Origin: Bacteroides sp.
GTDB lineage: Bacteria; Bacteroidota; Bacteroidia; Bacteroidales; Bacteroidaceae
DNA: 64,000 bases
Reading direction: 5' to 3'
NCBI GenBank assembly: GCA_031554285.1
Contig: JAVBVL010000019.1
Coordinates: forward strand, 9,768-73,767
In this document: one piece after another, positions 16,725 to 27,806 of the stretch
Layout of the letters: every line of letters starts with the position of its first letter
Numbering within the stretch: position 1 is the first letter of the stretch
Program-made: the position numbers and the translations under genes
Notes under the pieces: model-generated
Seen by the model: the letters and a program-made list of their open reading frames with translations, nothing else
Databases searched by the model: none
Told to the model about the DNA's origin: nothing

Positions 16725-19700
16725 ATGAGTGAAAATCACAAAAAACGAGGACTGATTCAAAATAAGATCCTCGCAGCAGTAGCAATCACCGCCCTATTTG
16801 TAGGCACAGGTGATGTGATGGCTAATCAAACAGCTTCCGGTGAAGCGCAGGTAATGGCTACTCAGCAACAAGCGCAATCGGTAAGTGGTATGGTAGTCGA
16901 TGTGAATGGCGATCCGGTTATCGGAGCAAGTATCCTTGAGAAAGGATCCACCAATGGTACTATTACCGATGTAGACGGTAAGTTTACATTGAATGCAAAG
17001 GCAGGAGCTACAATAACAGTTAGTTTCGTAGGCTTTCTTCCTCAGGATGTAAAAGCCGGCAGAAACTTAAGAGTGGTACTGAGAGAAGACAGTGAATTAT
17101 TGGACGAAGTAGTAGTTGTAGGGTATGGTGTTCAAAAGAAAGCCAACTTAACAGGTGCGGTATCTTCTATCGATGTAAGCAAAACGTTGGACGCTCGTCC
17201 GCAATCGGATGTAACCAAAGCGTTGCAAGGAGCTGTTCCCGGTTTAACTATTTTGAATACCAACGGTGCTATCGACTCAAAACCTACCATTACCATTCGT
17301 GGTACAGGTACGTTGAGTAACAGTGCAAAAAGTAATCCGTTAATCGTGGTAGATGGTGTTCCGATGGACGACATCACTTTCTTAAATACGCAGGATATTG
17401 AGAATATCTCGGTGTTGAAGGATGCTGCTTCTACTTCAATTTATGGTACCCGTGCTGCGTTCGGTGTATTGTTAATTACTACCAAGTCGGCTAAGAAGGC
17501 TGAAAAGGTAACTGTTAACTATACCAACAATTTTGCATGGGAAACACCTACTGTTCTTCCTGACTACCCCGATGTGCCTACTCAGATTAAAGCGTTGAGT
17601 GCGGCTAACAAACGTGCCGGTTTGGACAATGAATTGTTCGGTATGTGGTTGGATGACATGCTTCCTATGGCTGAAGACTGGAAGAAAAGACATAACGGTG
17701 AGAAGGCTGGTTATCGTGAAATGGTTTTGGGCGATGACTTCAGTCTGACTAAAGATGGTGTAGGAATGTTTTATGCAGACTGGGATGTGGTGAATATTAT
17801 GTTCCGTAAATGGAAACCTTCACAGAGCCACAATGTTTCGATTCAAGGTTCAAGCGGAAAAACTTCTTATTTCATGTCGTTAGGTTATAACCACGACGAA
17901 GGAGTTATGACATTTAATCCGGATAAACAGAATAAGTATACGGCTACTGTGAATCTTAAAACCAATGTAACTGATTGGTTAGAAGTTGGCGGACGTTTTA
18001 ACTACAGCGATAAGCACTACGTAGGTCCTAATACAAGACGTTCTACCTATACTTACTTATGGCGTTGGGGTAGCTTCTTTGGCCCGTACGGAACTTATAA
18101 AGGTGAGGATATGAAAAACGATATCGCTTACCGTAAGCAAGCTGGTGATTATGACAAGACCGATGCATATGCCCGTTTAGGTGCTTATTTGAAGGCGACT
18201 TTGGCAAAAGGGTTAACTTTGAATGTAGACTACACATACAATGTGTTGAATACAGACCTGAAGCAAGCCGGTCTTCCGGTATACGGATGGAACTCTTGGG
18301 GTGGAAATATCAGTGGTGACCCGGGATATTTGGAAACAATGGCTAAATCATATGTTCAGCAAACTTCGGAAAGAGATAACTCTTACGCATTCAATATCTA
18401 TGCTAATTATGCATTGACTTTGGCCAAAAAACATAACTTCAATGTAATGGTAGGTGCTAATGCTGAAGAGGGTGAATTCTCATCTCATTGGTCAAACCGT
18501 GCTACTTTGTTAGACCCGAACATGCCGGAATTTAACCTGGCTACAGGCGACCAAACCGTAGGAGGTTCTCATAACGAGTGGGGTGCTGCCGGTTACTTCG
18601 GACGTATCAACTATGATTACAATGGTATCTGGTTGTTGGAATTGAATGGACGTTATGACGGATCTTCTAAATTCCCGGCAAGCAACCGTTGGGCTTTCTT
18701 CCCTTCAGGTTCTGTAGGCTATAGAATCAGTGAAGCGGCTTATTTTGCTCCGTTGAAAAAAATTGTAAACAATGCTAAACTTCGCGCTTCTTATGGTGAA
18801 ATTGGTAACCAGGCAGTAGGTAGCAATATGTTTATTTCTACTTTGTCAAAGGTAACCACTCCTAACTGGCTGGATGCAAGTGGAGTGAGAGTAGTGTCTT
18901 ATAACATGCCTTCATTAGTTTCTTCTGTCCTTAAATGGGAGCGTATTCAAACGTTGGATTTTGGTGGAGACTTTGGCTTCTTAAATAATGAACTGAACGT
19001 ATCGTTTGACTGGTACCAACGTACAACAAAAGATATGTTAGCTCCCGGCCAAACATTGCCTCAGGTATTGGGTGCCGATGCTCCGAAAATCAATGCCGGT
19101 ACGTTGAGAACTCGTGGTTGGGAATTATCAGTTGATTGGCGTCATCGCTTCAATCAGGTGAATTTCTACGCCAATGCAAGTATTGGTGACTTCCAAACTG
19201 TAATTACTAAATGGGATAACGATAATAGACTTATCACCACTGACTCTTACTATTCAGGTAAGGTATATGGAGATATTTGGGGCTTCGAAACAGAAAGATA
19301 CTTTACTAAGGACGACTTTACTTATGATGCTGCAGGCAAGGTAACAGGATACAAAACTGGTGTCGCTTCTCAGGCTGGTTTGAATCAAGGTTCTTTCGTG
19401 TTTGGTCCTGGTGATATTAAGTTTAAAGATTTGGATGGTAATGGTGTCATAGATGGTGGTAAAGGTACTGATGAAGACCATGGTGACTTGAAGGTGATTG
19501 GTAATACAACTCCTCGCTACCAGTATTCATTCCGTTTAGGTGCCGATTGGAAAGGCTTCGATATTGATATGTTCTTCCAAGGCGTAGGTAAACGTGATGT
19601 GTGGACACAGAGTGCGTTTGTAATGCCGATGATGCGTGGTGCCGATGCAATCTATGCTAATCAAACAGATTATTGGACAGAAGAAAACCCCAACCCCGAT

Positions 19701-20072
19701 GCTTACTTCCCACGCATGTTCCCGGGTAATGCTGCAAAAGGAACTATCTCCGTATTGGATCGCGGTAATCATAACTTCTATCCGCAAACTAAATACTTGG
19801 TGAATATGGCATACTTGCGCTTCAAGAACCTGACAGTAGGTTATACCTTACCTAAGGTATTGAGCCGTAAAGCATACATGGAAAAAGTGCGCGTATACTT
19901 CAGTGCTAATAACTTGTGTGAGTTAATCAACAAGAGCAATGCTCCTTTGGATCCGGAAGTCAATACAAGTGCTGGTACTACTGCTACTACAGATGACTAT
20001 GGTAATGGTACTTGGGGACGTACTGATCCGATGTTCCGTACAATATCATTTGGTTTGCAAGTTACTTTCTAA
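16725..20072 (+). CDS. susC: SusC/RagA TonB-dependent outer membrane transporter
   Basis: CarboxypepD_reg-like N-terminus, LDEVVVVGYG, NLTGAVS, PLIVVDG, ISVLKDAASTSIYG and RYDGSSKF motifs; ends FGLQVTF. Confidence 0.97.
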   Translation: MSENHKKRGLIQNKILAAVAITALFVGTGDVMANQTASGEAQVMATQQQAQSVSGMVVDVNGDPVIGASILEKGSTNGTITDVDGKFTLNAKAGATITVSFVGFLPQDVKAGRNLRVVLREDSELLDEVVVVGYGVQKKANLTGAVSSIDVSKTLDARPQSDVTKALQGAVPGLTILNTNGAIDSKPTITIRGTGTLSNSAKSNPLIVVDGVPMDDITFLNTQDIENISVLKDAASTSIYGTRAAFGVLLITTKSAKKAEKVTVNYTNNFAWETPTVLPDYPDVPTQIKALSAANKRAGLDNELFGMWLDDMLPMAEDWKKRHNGEKAGYREMVLGDDFSLTKDGVGMFYADWDVVNIMFRKWKPSQSHNVSIQGSSGKTSYFMSLGYNHDEGVMTFNPDKQNKYTATVNLKTNVTDWLEVGGRFNYSDKHYVGPNTRRSTYTYLWRWGSFFGPYGTYKGEDMKNDIAYRKQAGDYDKTDAYARLGAYLKATLAKGLTLNVDYTYNVLNTDLKQAGLPVYGWNSWGGNISGDPGYLETMAKSYVQQTSERDNSYAFNIYANYALTLAKKHNFNVMVGANAEEGEFSSHWSNRATLLDPNMPEFNLATGDQTVGGSHNEWGAAGYFGRINYDYNGIWLLELNGRYDGSSKFPASNRWAFFPSGSVGYRISEAAYFAPLKKIVNNAKLRASYGEIGNQAVGSNMFISTLSKVTTPNWLDASGVRVVSYNMPSLVSSVLKWERIQTLDFGGDFGFLNNELNVSFDWYQRTTKDMLAPGQTLPQVLGADAPKINAGTLRTRGWELSVDWRHRFNQVNFYANASIGDFQTVITKWDNDNRLITTDSYYSGKVYGDIWGFETERYFTKDDFTYDAAGKVTGYKTGVASQAGLNQGSFVFGPGDIKFKDLDGNGVIDGGKGTDEDHGDLKVIGNTTPRYQYSFRLGADWKGFDIDMFFQGVGKRDVWTQSAFVMPMMRGADAIYANQTDYWTEENPNPDAYFPRMFPGNAAKGTISVLDRGNHNFYPQTKYLVNMAYLRFKNLTVGYTLPKVLSRKAYMEKVRVYFSANNLCELINKSNAPLDPEVNTSAGTTATTDDYGNGTWGRTDPMFRTISFGLQVTF

Positions 20073-20098
20073 TAGGTCCTAACTATATGAATACGAAT

Positions 20099-21781
20099 AT
20101 GAAAAAGATTAATATATTATGCGTAGTGTCGCTGATGACGCTCTTCGGTTGCGACAGTATTTTGGACAAAGGGCCATTGGATACGTTTTCCAATGATAAC
20201 TTTTGGACGAGCGAAAACAATGTGAATGGGTACGCCAATAAATTCTACGATAACTTCTTAGGATATGGCAATGCTGGTTCAACGGGTGATTTCTATTTCA
20301 GGACATTGTCTGACGACCAGGTGGGAAACTCCTTTTCTAAATGGGATCCTAGTATACCGGCATCAAGTACTACTTGGAAAAATGGTTGGGTTGAAGTAAG
20401 ACGTGCCAATATTATGTTAGAGAAGATTGATGGAATTGCTTCAATGAGTGAAGCTGCTAAGTCACACTGGAAAGGCTTTGCCCGGTTAATGCGCGCATGG
20501 GAGTATTATAAACTCACACGCACTTATGGTGATTTGCCGTGGATAGATAAGGCACTTGATATTACCGATGACGGATATATTTATGGAAGCCGTGAAAGTC
20601 GTGATAAGGTTATGGATAACGTATTGGACGATTTGAATTATGCAACCTCGAATATGTATGAGAATACATCAAAGATTACTTTCAACCGGGCTGTTGCTAA
20701 TGCAATGAAAGCTGAGATTTGCTTGTATGAAGGGACTTTTCGTAAGTATCGTAAAGCTGCCGACGGACAACCGGCGCCGGATGCTGCAGGAGCAACAAAG
20801 TTTTTGACTGCTTCTAAAGACGCTTGTACTTACATCATGGGTAAATCATTTAAACTGAATGACTCTTATCAGGGTAATTATAACTCAACAAACTTGAATA
20901 CGAACCCTGAAATGATTTTCTACAAACCGTATAATGCTGCTACTCTTATGCACTCTACTGTTGCTTATGTTAGTAGTTCTACGCAACATAGCGGTATTTC
21001 AAAGGATGCATTTGACTCTTACCTGTTTACAGACGGAAAGCCTTTGGCGTTGACAACTAAAGATAAGGACGATGCAGCTAAGCTAATAGATGACAAGATG
21101 TCTATAGCGGACATGTTAAGTGTGCGTGATAAGAGACTTTCTCAAACGATTGACCCGGTTCTTTGCTATGTAGGCAGAAACTATATCCGTTCGGGTAGTT
21201 TGGCATTTGGATCTTCGTCTGGATACGGTATTCAGAAGTATGATAATATCACTATGCCCATCGATAATAGAGTGAACACAACAAAGAACTATACTCATGC
21301 ACCGCTTTTCTGGTTGTCGGTTATTTATTTGGATTATGCTGAAGCTTGTGCTGAATTGGGTTCAATTACACAGGCCGATTTGGATAATACAATAAATAAG
21401 TTGAAGACTCGTGCTGGTTTACCTGCTTTAACGGTGGCTGTAGGTTATGATGACCCTGCTAATAACCATGAAGTTAGCTCTTTGATTTGGGAAATCCGTC
21501 GCGAACGTCGTACAGAATTGATGTGTGACAACTGGAACAGATACTGGGACATGGTTCGCTGGCATCAATTAGACAAACTGGATTCTGGTAAATATCCCAA
21601 TATCTTGTTAGGTGCTAATGTGGTGAACGATCCTACATCGAAAGTTACTAAAACTGGTAATTACATTGATGGTTCATTAGGAAATACTCGTACTTTCGAT
21701 AAGAAATACTATTTGGATCCGATACCTAGCGGTCAGATTACATTGAATGAAAACTTGAAACCCCAAAATCCGGGTTGGTAA
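20099..21781 (+). CDS. susD: SusD/RagB lipoprotein (alternative start 20087)
   Basis: Lipobox LFGC-D; YGDLPW, LDYAEA, IRRERRTEL, RYWDMVRW and PIP...QNPGW motifs; follows susC. Confidence 0.95.
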   Translation: MKKINILCVVSLMTLFGCDSILDKGPLDTFSNDNFWTSENNVNGYANKFYDNFLGYGNAGSTGDFYFRTLSDDQVGNSFSKWDPSIPASSTTWKNGWVEVRRANIMLEKIDGIASMSEAAKSHWKGFARLMRAWEYYKLTRTYGDLPWIDKALDITDDGYIYGSRESRDKVMDNVLDDLNYATSNMYENTSKITFNRAVANAMKAEICLYEGTFRKYRKAADGQPAPDAAGATKFLTASKDACTYIMGKSFKLNDSYQGNYNSTNLNTNPEMIFYKPYNAATLMHSTVAYVSSSTQHSGISKDAFDSYLFTDGKPLALTTKDKDDAAKLIDDKMSIADMLSVRDKRLSQTIDPVLCYVGRNYIRSGSLAFGSSSGYGIQKYDNITMPIDNRVNTTKNYTHAPLFWLSVIYLDYAEACAELGSITQADLDNTINKLKTRAGLPALTVAVGYDDPANNHEVSSLIWEIRRERRTELMCDNWNRYWDMVRWHQLDKLDSGKYPNILLGANVVNDPTSKVTKTGNYIDGSLGNTRTFDKKYYLDPIPSGQITLNENLKPQNPGW

Positions 21782-21808
21782 TAATAGTGTCAATAGCTAT
21801 TAGTTTGG

Positions 21809-21839
21809 GAGGTGCCTCGTTGGAGGCACCTCTTTTTTT
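21809..21839 (+). terminator. Intrinsic terminator after susD
   Basis: GAGGTGCCTC-GTTG-GAGGCACCTC followed by T7. Confidence 0.9.
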
Positions 21840-21952
21840 ATAAATCAACCTAAAGGATATGATTCTTCGGATGTTTATAACAAAAAATCATAAACATTAG
21901 TGTTTGTTAAATTAGTTTTATACATTTGTGTTATCTTTAAATTAGAAAATAT

Positions 21953-22561
21953 ATGAAAAAAGGAACCATTGCTTTATTGGTGACCATATGTTTGTGTATG
22001 GTTACGCCTGCGCAGGCGCAATTCAACTGGGGCGTGAAGGGCGGATTGAATGTGTCAAAAATGAGTTTTGAAACAAACTTCCTATCTTCGGAGAATTCTA
22101 CCGGATTCTTTATTGGTCCAATGGCGGAGTTTACAATTCCTTTTATTGGTCTGGGAATAGATGCCGCTTTACTCTACTCGCAAAAAGATATAAAAATGAC
22201 CGCCGCCCAAATAGATGTTTCCGAGAAAATGCAGGGACTTGATATTCCGGTCAATCTGAAATATACGATAATAGGCTTAGGAAGTATAGGTGGCATTTAC
22301 CTAGCTGCTGGACCTGACTTCTTTTTTAATTTCTCTAAAGATATAGAGTGTACTCATTATTGGGGGATGTCTAAAAGAAAAATGCAGATAGGCTTAAATG
22401 TTGGCGGCGGCATAAAGTTGATTAATCATCTTCAGATCGGTGTGAATTATACTATTCAGCTAAACGATCCAGGTGTCGTAGAATTATGCTATACCGATGT
22501 TGTCGCGGGGTATAATTACAAGGTTAAGACTTGGCAAGTATCTGTAGCATATCTCTTCTAA
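21953..22561 (+). CDS. Outer membrane beta-barrel (porin/OMP_b-brl_2 family)
   Basis: Signal peptide, WGVKGGLN, LDIPVNLKY, C-terminal VAYLF; TACATTTG promoter at 21921-21928. Confidence 0.85.
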   Translation: MKKGTIALLVTICLCMVTPAQAQFNWGVKGGLNVSKMSFETNFLSSENSTGFFIGPMAEFTIPFIGLGIDAALLYSQKDIKMTAAQIDVSEKMQGLDIPVNLKYTIIGLGSIGGIYLAAGPDFFFNFSKDIECTHYWGMSKRKMQIGLNVGGGIKLINHLQIGVNYTIQLNDPGVVELCYTDVVAGYNYKVKTWQVSVAYLF

Positions 22562-22605
22562 CAAGCAGCCCCACTCATTCGCTTTGATTGAGTGGGGCTG
22601 CTTGT
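22561..22605. terminator. 17-bp perfect hairpin between convergent genes
   Basis: ACAAGCAGCCCCACTCA ... TGAGTGGGGCTGCTTGT, no U-tract. Confidence 0.6.
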
Positions 22606-22622
22606 AAATGTGATATTAGAGT

Positions 22623-23018
22623 TTATTTCACTCGCTTGAACCAGGCAACTGTTGGCTTGTCGGTAATAGCCTGCTGAATTCCCCAGGGTTTCAACCTCAT
22701 CCAATCGCCTGCGATAGAGCATTCGTAGAACACTTCGGCAGAGGCGCTCTTCAGGAATAGTTGCCCATTTGCCAGGCGGTAAGTGGTGTAGGTTTCGTCA
22801 ACTTTTCCGTTAAAGTAATAATTCATCTCGCCGGTGGGCAGGTATTCATAGATAATAGTCTCTTCGGAGGGAACAATATTATTCCGCCAGTCAACGGCTT
22901 TGGCAAATTCCCATTTCCCGATAATGGATGAATTGGTGTTTTTAGAGTCGTCACAGGCCGTCAGTAGAGGGATGGCGCACAATAGACAATAGAGAGGAAA
23001 AGCAATAATTTTCTTCAT
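22623..23018 (-). CDS. Small lipoprotein, lipocalin-like
   Basis: Lipobox LTAC-DD; IIGKW motif. Confidence 0.7.
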   Translation of the reverse strand: MKKIIAFPLYCLLCAIPLLTACDDSKNTNSSIIGKWEFAKAVDWRNNIVPSEETIIYEYLPTGEMNYYFNGKVDETYTTYRLANGQLFLKSASAEVFYECSIAGDWMRLKPWGIQQAITDKPTVAWFKRVK

Positions 23019-23087
23019 AAATATTTATTTAAGAGGTTAACCGTCTTTACTAAATGCAGGGATGTAAAGAATACTGCATGAAGGTAC

Positions 23088-23126
23088 AAAAAAAAGCGGG
23101 CATCCCAAACGTGAGGTGCCCGCTTT
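23088..23126 (-). terminator. Intrinsic terminator after asd
   Basis: AAAGCGGGCA(T/C)C stem with an A-run on + (U-tract on -). Confidence 0.8.
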
Positions 23127-23144
23127 ACTTAGTATGCTAACGTA

Positions 23145-24152
23145 TTATACGTTCTTTTCTTTAATCAGGTATTCGGCAATCTGAACGGCGTTCAGTGCTG
23201 CACCTTTCTTAATCTGGTCGCTTACCGTCCAGAAGCTCAAGCCATTCTCGTTGGTGAGGTCTTTGCGGATGCGGCCTACATATACAGGCTCTTTGCCTGA
23301 GAGGAACAACGGCATGGGATATTCCTTTTCGGCAGGATTATCCATCAATACCAGTCCGTCGCCGTTGGCAAATGCTTCGCGGGCTTCTTCAACCGAGATA
23401 GGACGTTCTGTCTCAATCCAAGTGCTTTCTGAGTGGGCGCGCAAAGCCGGTACGCGTACGCAGGTAGCACTTACTTTGATGTCCGAGTGCATAATTTTGC
23501 GGGTTTCGTGGTACATCTTCATCTCTTCCTTGGTATAACCGTTATCGGTAAACACATCTACCTGGGGGATGAGGTTGAATGCCAACTGGTAAGCAAACTT
23601 CTCTACGGTTACTTCTTCGCCGGCTAATACCTGACGGTATTGTTCGTACAACTCGTCCATGGCTGCTGCACCGGCGCCACTGGCTGCCTGGTAGGTAGAC
23701 ACATGCACGGTTTTTATATGAGAAAGCTTTTCGATGGCTTTCAGTGCCACTACCATTTGGATGGTGGTACAGTTAGGATTGGCAATCACGCCACGCGGAC
23801 GGTCTTTGGCATCTTCGGCATTTACCTCGGGTACTACCAAAGGTACATCGTTATCCATGCGAAAGGCACTCGAGTTGTCGATCATCACCGCACCATGCTT
23901 GGTGATGGTTTGTTCGAACTCTTTCGAGGTTCCGGCACCTGCCGATGCAAAAGCAATGTCAATCCCTTTAAAGTCATCGTTGTGTTGCAAGAGTTTTACC
24001 TCGATCTGTTTACCGCGGAAAGTATATTTTGTACCGGCACTACGTTTAGAACCGAACAAAACCAACTCGTCCAACGGAAAATTTCTTTCATCGAGCACGC
24101 GCAGGAACTCCTGTCCCACCGCTCCGCTTACGCCAACAATAGCTACTTTCAT
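23145..24152 (-). CDS. asd: Aspartate-semialdehyde dehydrogenase
   Basis: True start [13 protein letters not shown] at 24152; [25 protein letters not shown] and [13 protein letters not shown] motifs. Confidence 0.97.
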   Translation of the reverse strand: MKVAIVGVSGAVGQEFLRVLDERNFPLDELVLFGSKRSAGTKYTFRGKQIEVKLLQHNDDFKGIDIAFASAGAGTSKEFEQTITKHGAVMIDNSSAFRMDNDVPLVVPEVNAEDAKDRPRGVIANPNCTTIQMVVALKAIEKLSHIKTVHVSTYQAASGAGAAAMDELYEQYRQVLAGEEVTVEKFAYQLAFNLIPQVDVFTDNGYTKEEMKMYHETRKIMHSDIKVSATCVRVPALRAHSESTWIETERPISVEEAREAFANGDGLVLMDNPAEKEYPMPLFLSGKEPVYVGRIRKDLTNENGLSFWTVSDQIKKGAALNAVQIAEYLIKEKNV

Positions 24153-24306
24153 CTTTTTTCTTTTGTTTTTGGATAAATAAAAATACATCAATCTATCTGC
24201 TATTCTGCCGAATAGTCGATATTCGGCTGCAAAATTAGAACAAATTGCCATATTATTGATAATTATTTCTTTATTTTTGCAGTGTATTCCCAAAACACCG
24301 AGAAGT

Positions 24307-26439
24307 ATGGAGTGGTTCGACTTTAATATACATTTTCCGATAACAAACCCTACCTGGGTATTTTTCCTGGTTTTAACCATCATCTTGTTTGCCCCCATCC
24401 TGTTGGGGCGTTTGCGCATTCCGCATATCATCGGCATGATTCTGGCGGGGGTAGTTATTGGCGAACATGGTTTCAATATCCTGGAGCGCGACAGTAGCTT
24501 TGAACTCTTCGGCAAGGTAGGCTTGTATTATATCATGTTCCTGGCCGGGCTGGAAATGGATTTGGAAGACTTCAAGCAGAACCGCCTTAAGGGATTTATC
24601 TTCGGAGTGCTTACTTTCTCCATCCCGATGATTCTGGGTATATGGAGCAGTATGGAGTGTTTGGATTATAACCTTACGACGTCTGTTCTGCTGGCCAGTA
24701 TGTATGCCTCGCATACACTGATTGCCTATCCCATTGTAAGCCGGTACGGGCTGGCGCGCTTGCGTAGTGTCAGTATTTCCATCGGCGGTACGGCTTTTAC
24801 GGTAGCTTTGGCATTACTTGTTTTGGCAGTAATTGCCGGAATGTACCGGGGCGAACTGAACCATACATTCTGGATACTGCTTGCGGTGAAGGTCGTGGTG
24901 GTATGCTTCTTTATTATATTCTTCTTCCCCCGCATCAGCCGTTGGTTCTTCCGCAAGTACGAGGATAACATCATGCAGTTTACCTTTGTGCTGGGCATGA
25001 TGTTCTTAGGCGGTGGCATGTTAGAATTAGCAGGGCTCGAAGGTATTTTGGGCGCTTTTATGGTGGGTTTGGTGCTTAACCGCCTCATTCCGCATGTGTC
25101 GCCGTTGATGAACCGCCTGGAGTTTGTAGGTAACGCCCTCTTTATTCCGTATTTCCTGATTGGGGTGGGTATGATTATCGACGTGCATGCCCTCTTTGCC
25201 GGTGGTGAAGCGCTGAAGGTGGCAGTGGTGATGACGGTGGTAGCTACATTCAGTAAGTGGTTGGCCGCCTTCTTTACCCAAAAGGCATTCAAAATGCACC
25301 GGTACGAGCGTTCCATGATGTTTGGGCTGAGTAATGCGCAGGCGGCGGCTACGTTGGCGGCTGTGCTTATCGGACACAGTATCGAAGTGTCGCCCGGAGT
25401 GCCGTTGCTGAACGACGATGTGCTCAATGGTACGGTGGTGATGATTCTATTTACCTGTATCATCAGTTCCATTGTAACCGAATATGCCTCCCGTAAGATG
25501 GCGGTGCGCGAAGAGTTCTTCGGCAGCCAGCCTCAGAAGAAGGAAGAAGAGAATATCCTGATTCCGGTAGCTAACCCGGAAACCATAGAAATCTTGGTGG
25601 GGCTGGCTTTGGTAATGAAAGACCCGAAACGCAAGAACGGGCTGACAGCACTCAGTGTAACCAACGATAGCAATGCCACCGAGGCGCGACTGATGCAGGG
25701 CAAACGTTGCCTGGAACGCACGGCGATGGTAGGGGCGGCGGCCGATGTTACGGTGCATACAGTGGCGCGGTTCGATTTGAATATTGCCTCGGGTATTATC
25801 CATACGGTGAAGGAGTACGATGCTTCGGAGGTGGTGATTGGCTTGCACCGTAAGATGACGTTGGTGGATTCCTTCTTTGGTTCGCTTACCGAGAACCTGC
25901 TTAAAGGAACACACAAACAGATTATGATTGTGAAGTGCCTGATGCCTGTAAATACCTTACGTCGCATTATTGTGGCGGTACCTCCCAAAGCGGAGTTCGA
26001 AGTGGGCTTCTTCAAATGGTTGGAACGTGTGTGCCGCATGGGCTCACAGTTAGGTTGCCGGGTGCAGTTCCATGCACATCCGGAAACCTTGCAGTACATG
26101 GAAGGATATGTAAACAAGACTCATAAAACAGTGCGTGCCGAGTTTGTCAAGATGGATTCCTGGGACGACCTGCTGATGCTTACCGGACAGGTGAATTACG
26201 ACCATCTGCTGATTATTGTCAGTGCCCGCCGCGGTTTTATCTCGTATAACCCTGCCTTTGAACGTTTGCCGCTCGAACTCTCTAAATACTTCTCCAATAA
26301 TAGTTTGGTGGTGCTTTACCCCGATCAGTCGGGCGACCCGCAGGATATGGTTTCATTCTCCGACCCGCGCCACCAAAACGATTCGTCGCGCTACGAAGAA
26401 GTAGGCAAGTGGTTCTATAAATGGTTTAAGAAGAATTGA
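24307..26439 (+). CDS. Cation:proton antiporter (CPA2) with C-terminal USP-like domain
   Basis: MFLAGLE and GILGAF motifs, many TMs, NILIPVANP; start MEWFDF downstream of TATTTTTG at 24272-24279. Confidence 0.9.
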   Translation: MEWFDFNIHFPITNPTWVFFLVLTIILFAPILLGRLRIPHIIGMILAGVVIGEHGFNILERDSSFELFGKVGLYYIMFLAGLEMDLEDFKQNRLKGFIFGVLTFSIPMILGIWSSMECLDYNLTTSVLLASMYASHTLIAYPIVSRYGLARLRSVSISIGGTAFTVALALLVLAVIAGMYRGELNHTFWILLAVKVVVVCFFIIFFFPRISRWFFRKYEDNIMQFTFVLGMMFLGGGMLELAGLEGILGAFMVGLVLNRLIPHVSPLMNRLEFVGNALFIPYFLIGVGMIIDVHALFAGGEALKVAVVMTVVATFSKWLAAFFTQKAFKMHRYERSMMFGLSNAQAAATLAAVLIGHSIEVSPGVPLLNDDVLNGTVVMILFTCIISSIVTEYASRKMAVREEFFGSQPQKKEEENILIPVANPETIEILVGLALVMKDPKRKNGLTALSVTNDSNATEARLMQGKRCLERTAMVGAAADVTVHTVARFDLNIASGIIHTVKEYDASEVVIGLHRKMTLVDSFFGSLTENLLKGTHKQIMIVKCLMPVNTLRRIIVAVPPKAEFEVGFFKWLERVCRMGSQLGCRVQFHAHPETLQYMEGYVNKTHKTVRAEFVKMDSWDDLLMLTGQVNYDHLLIIVSARRGFISYNPAFERLPLELSKYFSNNSLVVLYPDQSGDPQDMVSFSDPRHQNDSSRYEEVGKWFYKWFKKN

Positions 26440-27152
26440 TGGAAACAAACTGGAAACAACGTACCGAATTATTGTTGGGCGAAGAGAAGATGCACCGCCT
26501 GGAAGCTGCACATGTTCTGGTGGTAGGCCTGGGCGGAGTAGGGGCGTATGCTGCCGAAATGATTTGCCGCGCCGGGGTAGGGCGTATGACGATTGTAGAT
26601 GCCGATACCGTGCAACCCACCAATATCAACCGTCAGTTACCGGCGTTGCACAGTACCATTGGGCGCGCCAAAGCCGAGGTATTGGCCGAACGCTTCCGTC
26701 AGATTAACCCGGAGATACAACTTACCGTACTGCCGATATTCCTGAAAGACGAGAATATCCCTGAACTGCTCGATGCGGCTAAGTACGACTTCATTATAGA
26801 TGCCATCGATACGCTAAGTCCCAAATGTTTCCTGATATACCATGCCTTGCAACGGCGCATCCGCATTGTGTCGAGCATGGGGGCGGGGGCCAAAAGTGAT
26901 ATTACCCAAGTACGGTTTGCCGATATTGCCGATACTTACCACTGCGGACTGAGCAAAGCTGTGCGCAAGCGGTTACAGAAGATGGGTGTAAAACGGAAAG
27001 TACCTGTTGTATTCAGCACCGAACAAGCTGACCCGAAAGCGGTTATACTAACCGAGGACGAGATGAATAAGAAGTCCACTTGCGGCACGGTGAGCTATAT
27101 GCCTGCCGTGTTTGGCTGTTACTTGGCAGAATACGTAATCAAAAGAATTTAG
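26439..27152 (+). CDS. tcdA: tRNA threonylcarbamoyladenosine dehydratase (ThiF family)
   Basis: GLGGVG, TNINRQ, DAID, SSMGAG, VFSTE and SYMPAVFG motifs; TGATG coupling to the upstream gene. Confidence 0.9.
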   Translation: METNWKQRTELLLGEEKMHRLEAAHVLVVGLGGVGAYAAEMICRAGVGRMTIVDADTVQPTNINRQLPALHSTIGRAKAEVLAERFRQINPEIQLTVLPIFLKDENIPELLDAAKYDFIIDAIDTLSPKCFLIYHALQRRIRIVSSMGAGAKSDITQVRFADIADTYHCGLSKAVRKRLQKMGVKRKVPVVFSTEQADPKAVILTEDEMNKKSTCGTVSYMPAVFGCYLAEYVIKRI

Positions 27153-27158
27153 AAAGCC

Positions 27159-27806
27159 ATGATAAAGATAGAGAATGTAACCAAGAGCTTCGGCTCGTTG
27201 CAAGTGCTGAAAGGAATCGACCTGCAAATAGGTAAGGGCGAAGTAGTAAGCATTGTAGGCCCCAGCGGCGCAGGGAAAACTACCCTGCTGCAGATTATGG
27301 GTACACTCGACGAGCCCGATGCGGGTACGGTAACCATTGACGGAACGGTGGTAAGCCGCCTGCGTGAGAAAGAGCTCTCTGCTTTCCGTAACAAGCGCAT
27401 CGGTTTTGTATTCCAGTTTCACCAACTGCTACCGGAGTTTACTGCTTTGGAGAATGTGATGATTCCTGCTTTCATTGCAGGTGTTTCCGATAAAGAAGCA
27501 ACCGCTCGTGCCGAGGAGATATTACAATTCATGGGCTTAGCCGACCGCGCCTCGCACAAACCCAACGAACTGTCCGGCGGTGAGAAGCAACGCGTAGCCG
27601 TGGCCCGCGCCTTGATTAATAACCCCGCAGTAATTCTTGCCGACGAACCTTCGGGCAGCCTGGATACACAGAATAAAGAGGAACTTCACCAACTGTTCTT
27701 CGACCTGCGCAACCGCTTTGGGCAAACATTTGTCATTGTAACCCACGATGAGAACCTGGCGCGTATCACCGACCGTACCATCCACATGGTAGACGGAAAA
27801 ATCTAA
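27159..27806 (+). CDS. lolD: ABC ATP-binding protein, LolD-like
   Basis: [36 protein letters not shown] and ILADEP motifs. Confidence 0.85.
   Translation: MIKIENVTKSFGSLQVLKGIDLQIGKGEVVSIVGPSGAGKTTLLQIMGTLDEPDAGTVTIDGTVVSRLREKELSAFRNKRIGFVFQFHQLLPEFTALENVMIPAFIAGVSDKEATARAEEILQFMGLADRASHKPNELSGGEKQRVAVARALINNPAVILADEPSGSLDTQNKEELHQLFFDLRNRFGQTFVIVTHDENLARITDRTIHMVDGKI

Noticed and set aside
16725-21781. Horizontal island inferred from lower GC
   Set aside because: No mobility genes or flanking repeats; a similar codon style is seen in highly expressed efp and ompH
24153-24515. N-terminal extension of Asd in the ORF track
   Set aside because: Overlaps the antiporter and the divergent promoters; the real start is MKVAIVG at 24152
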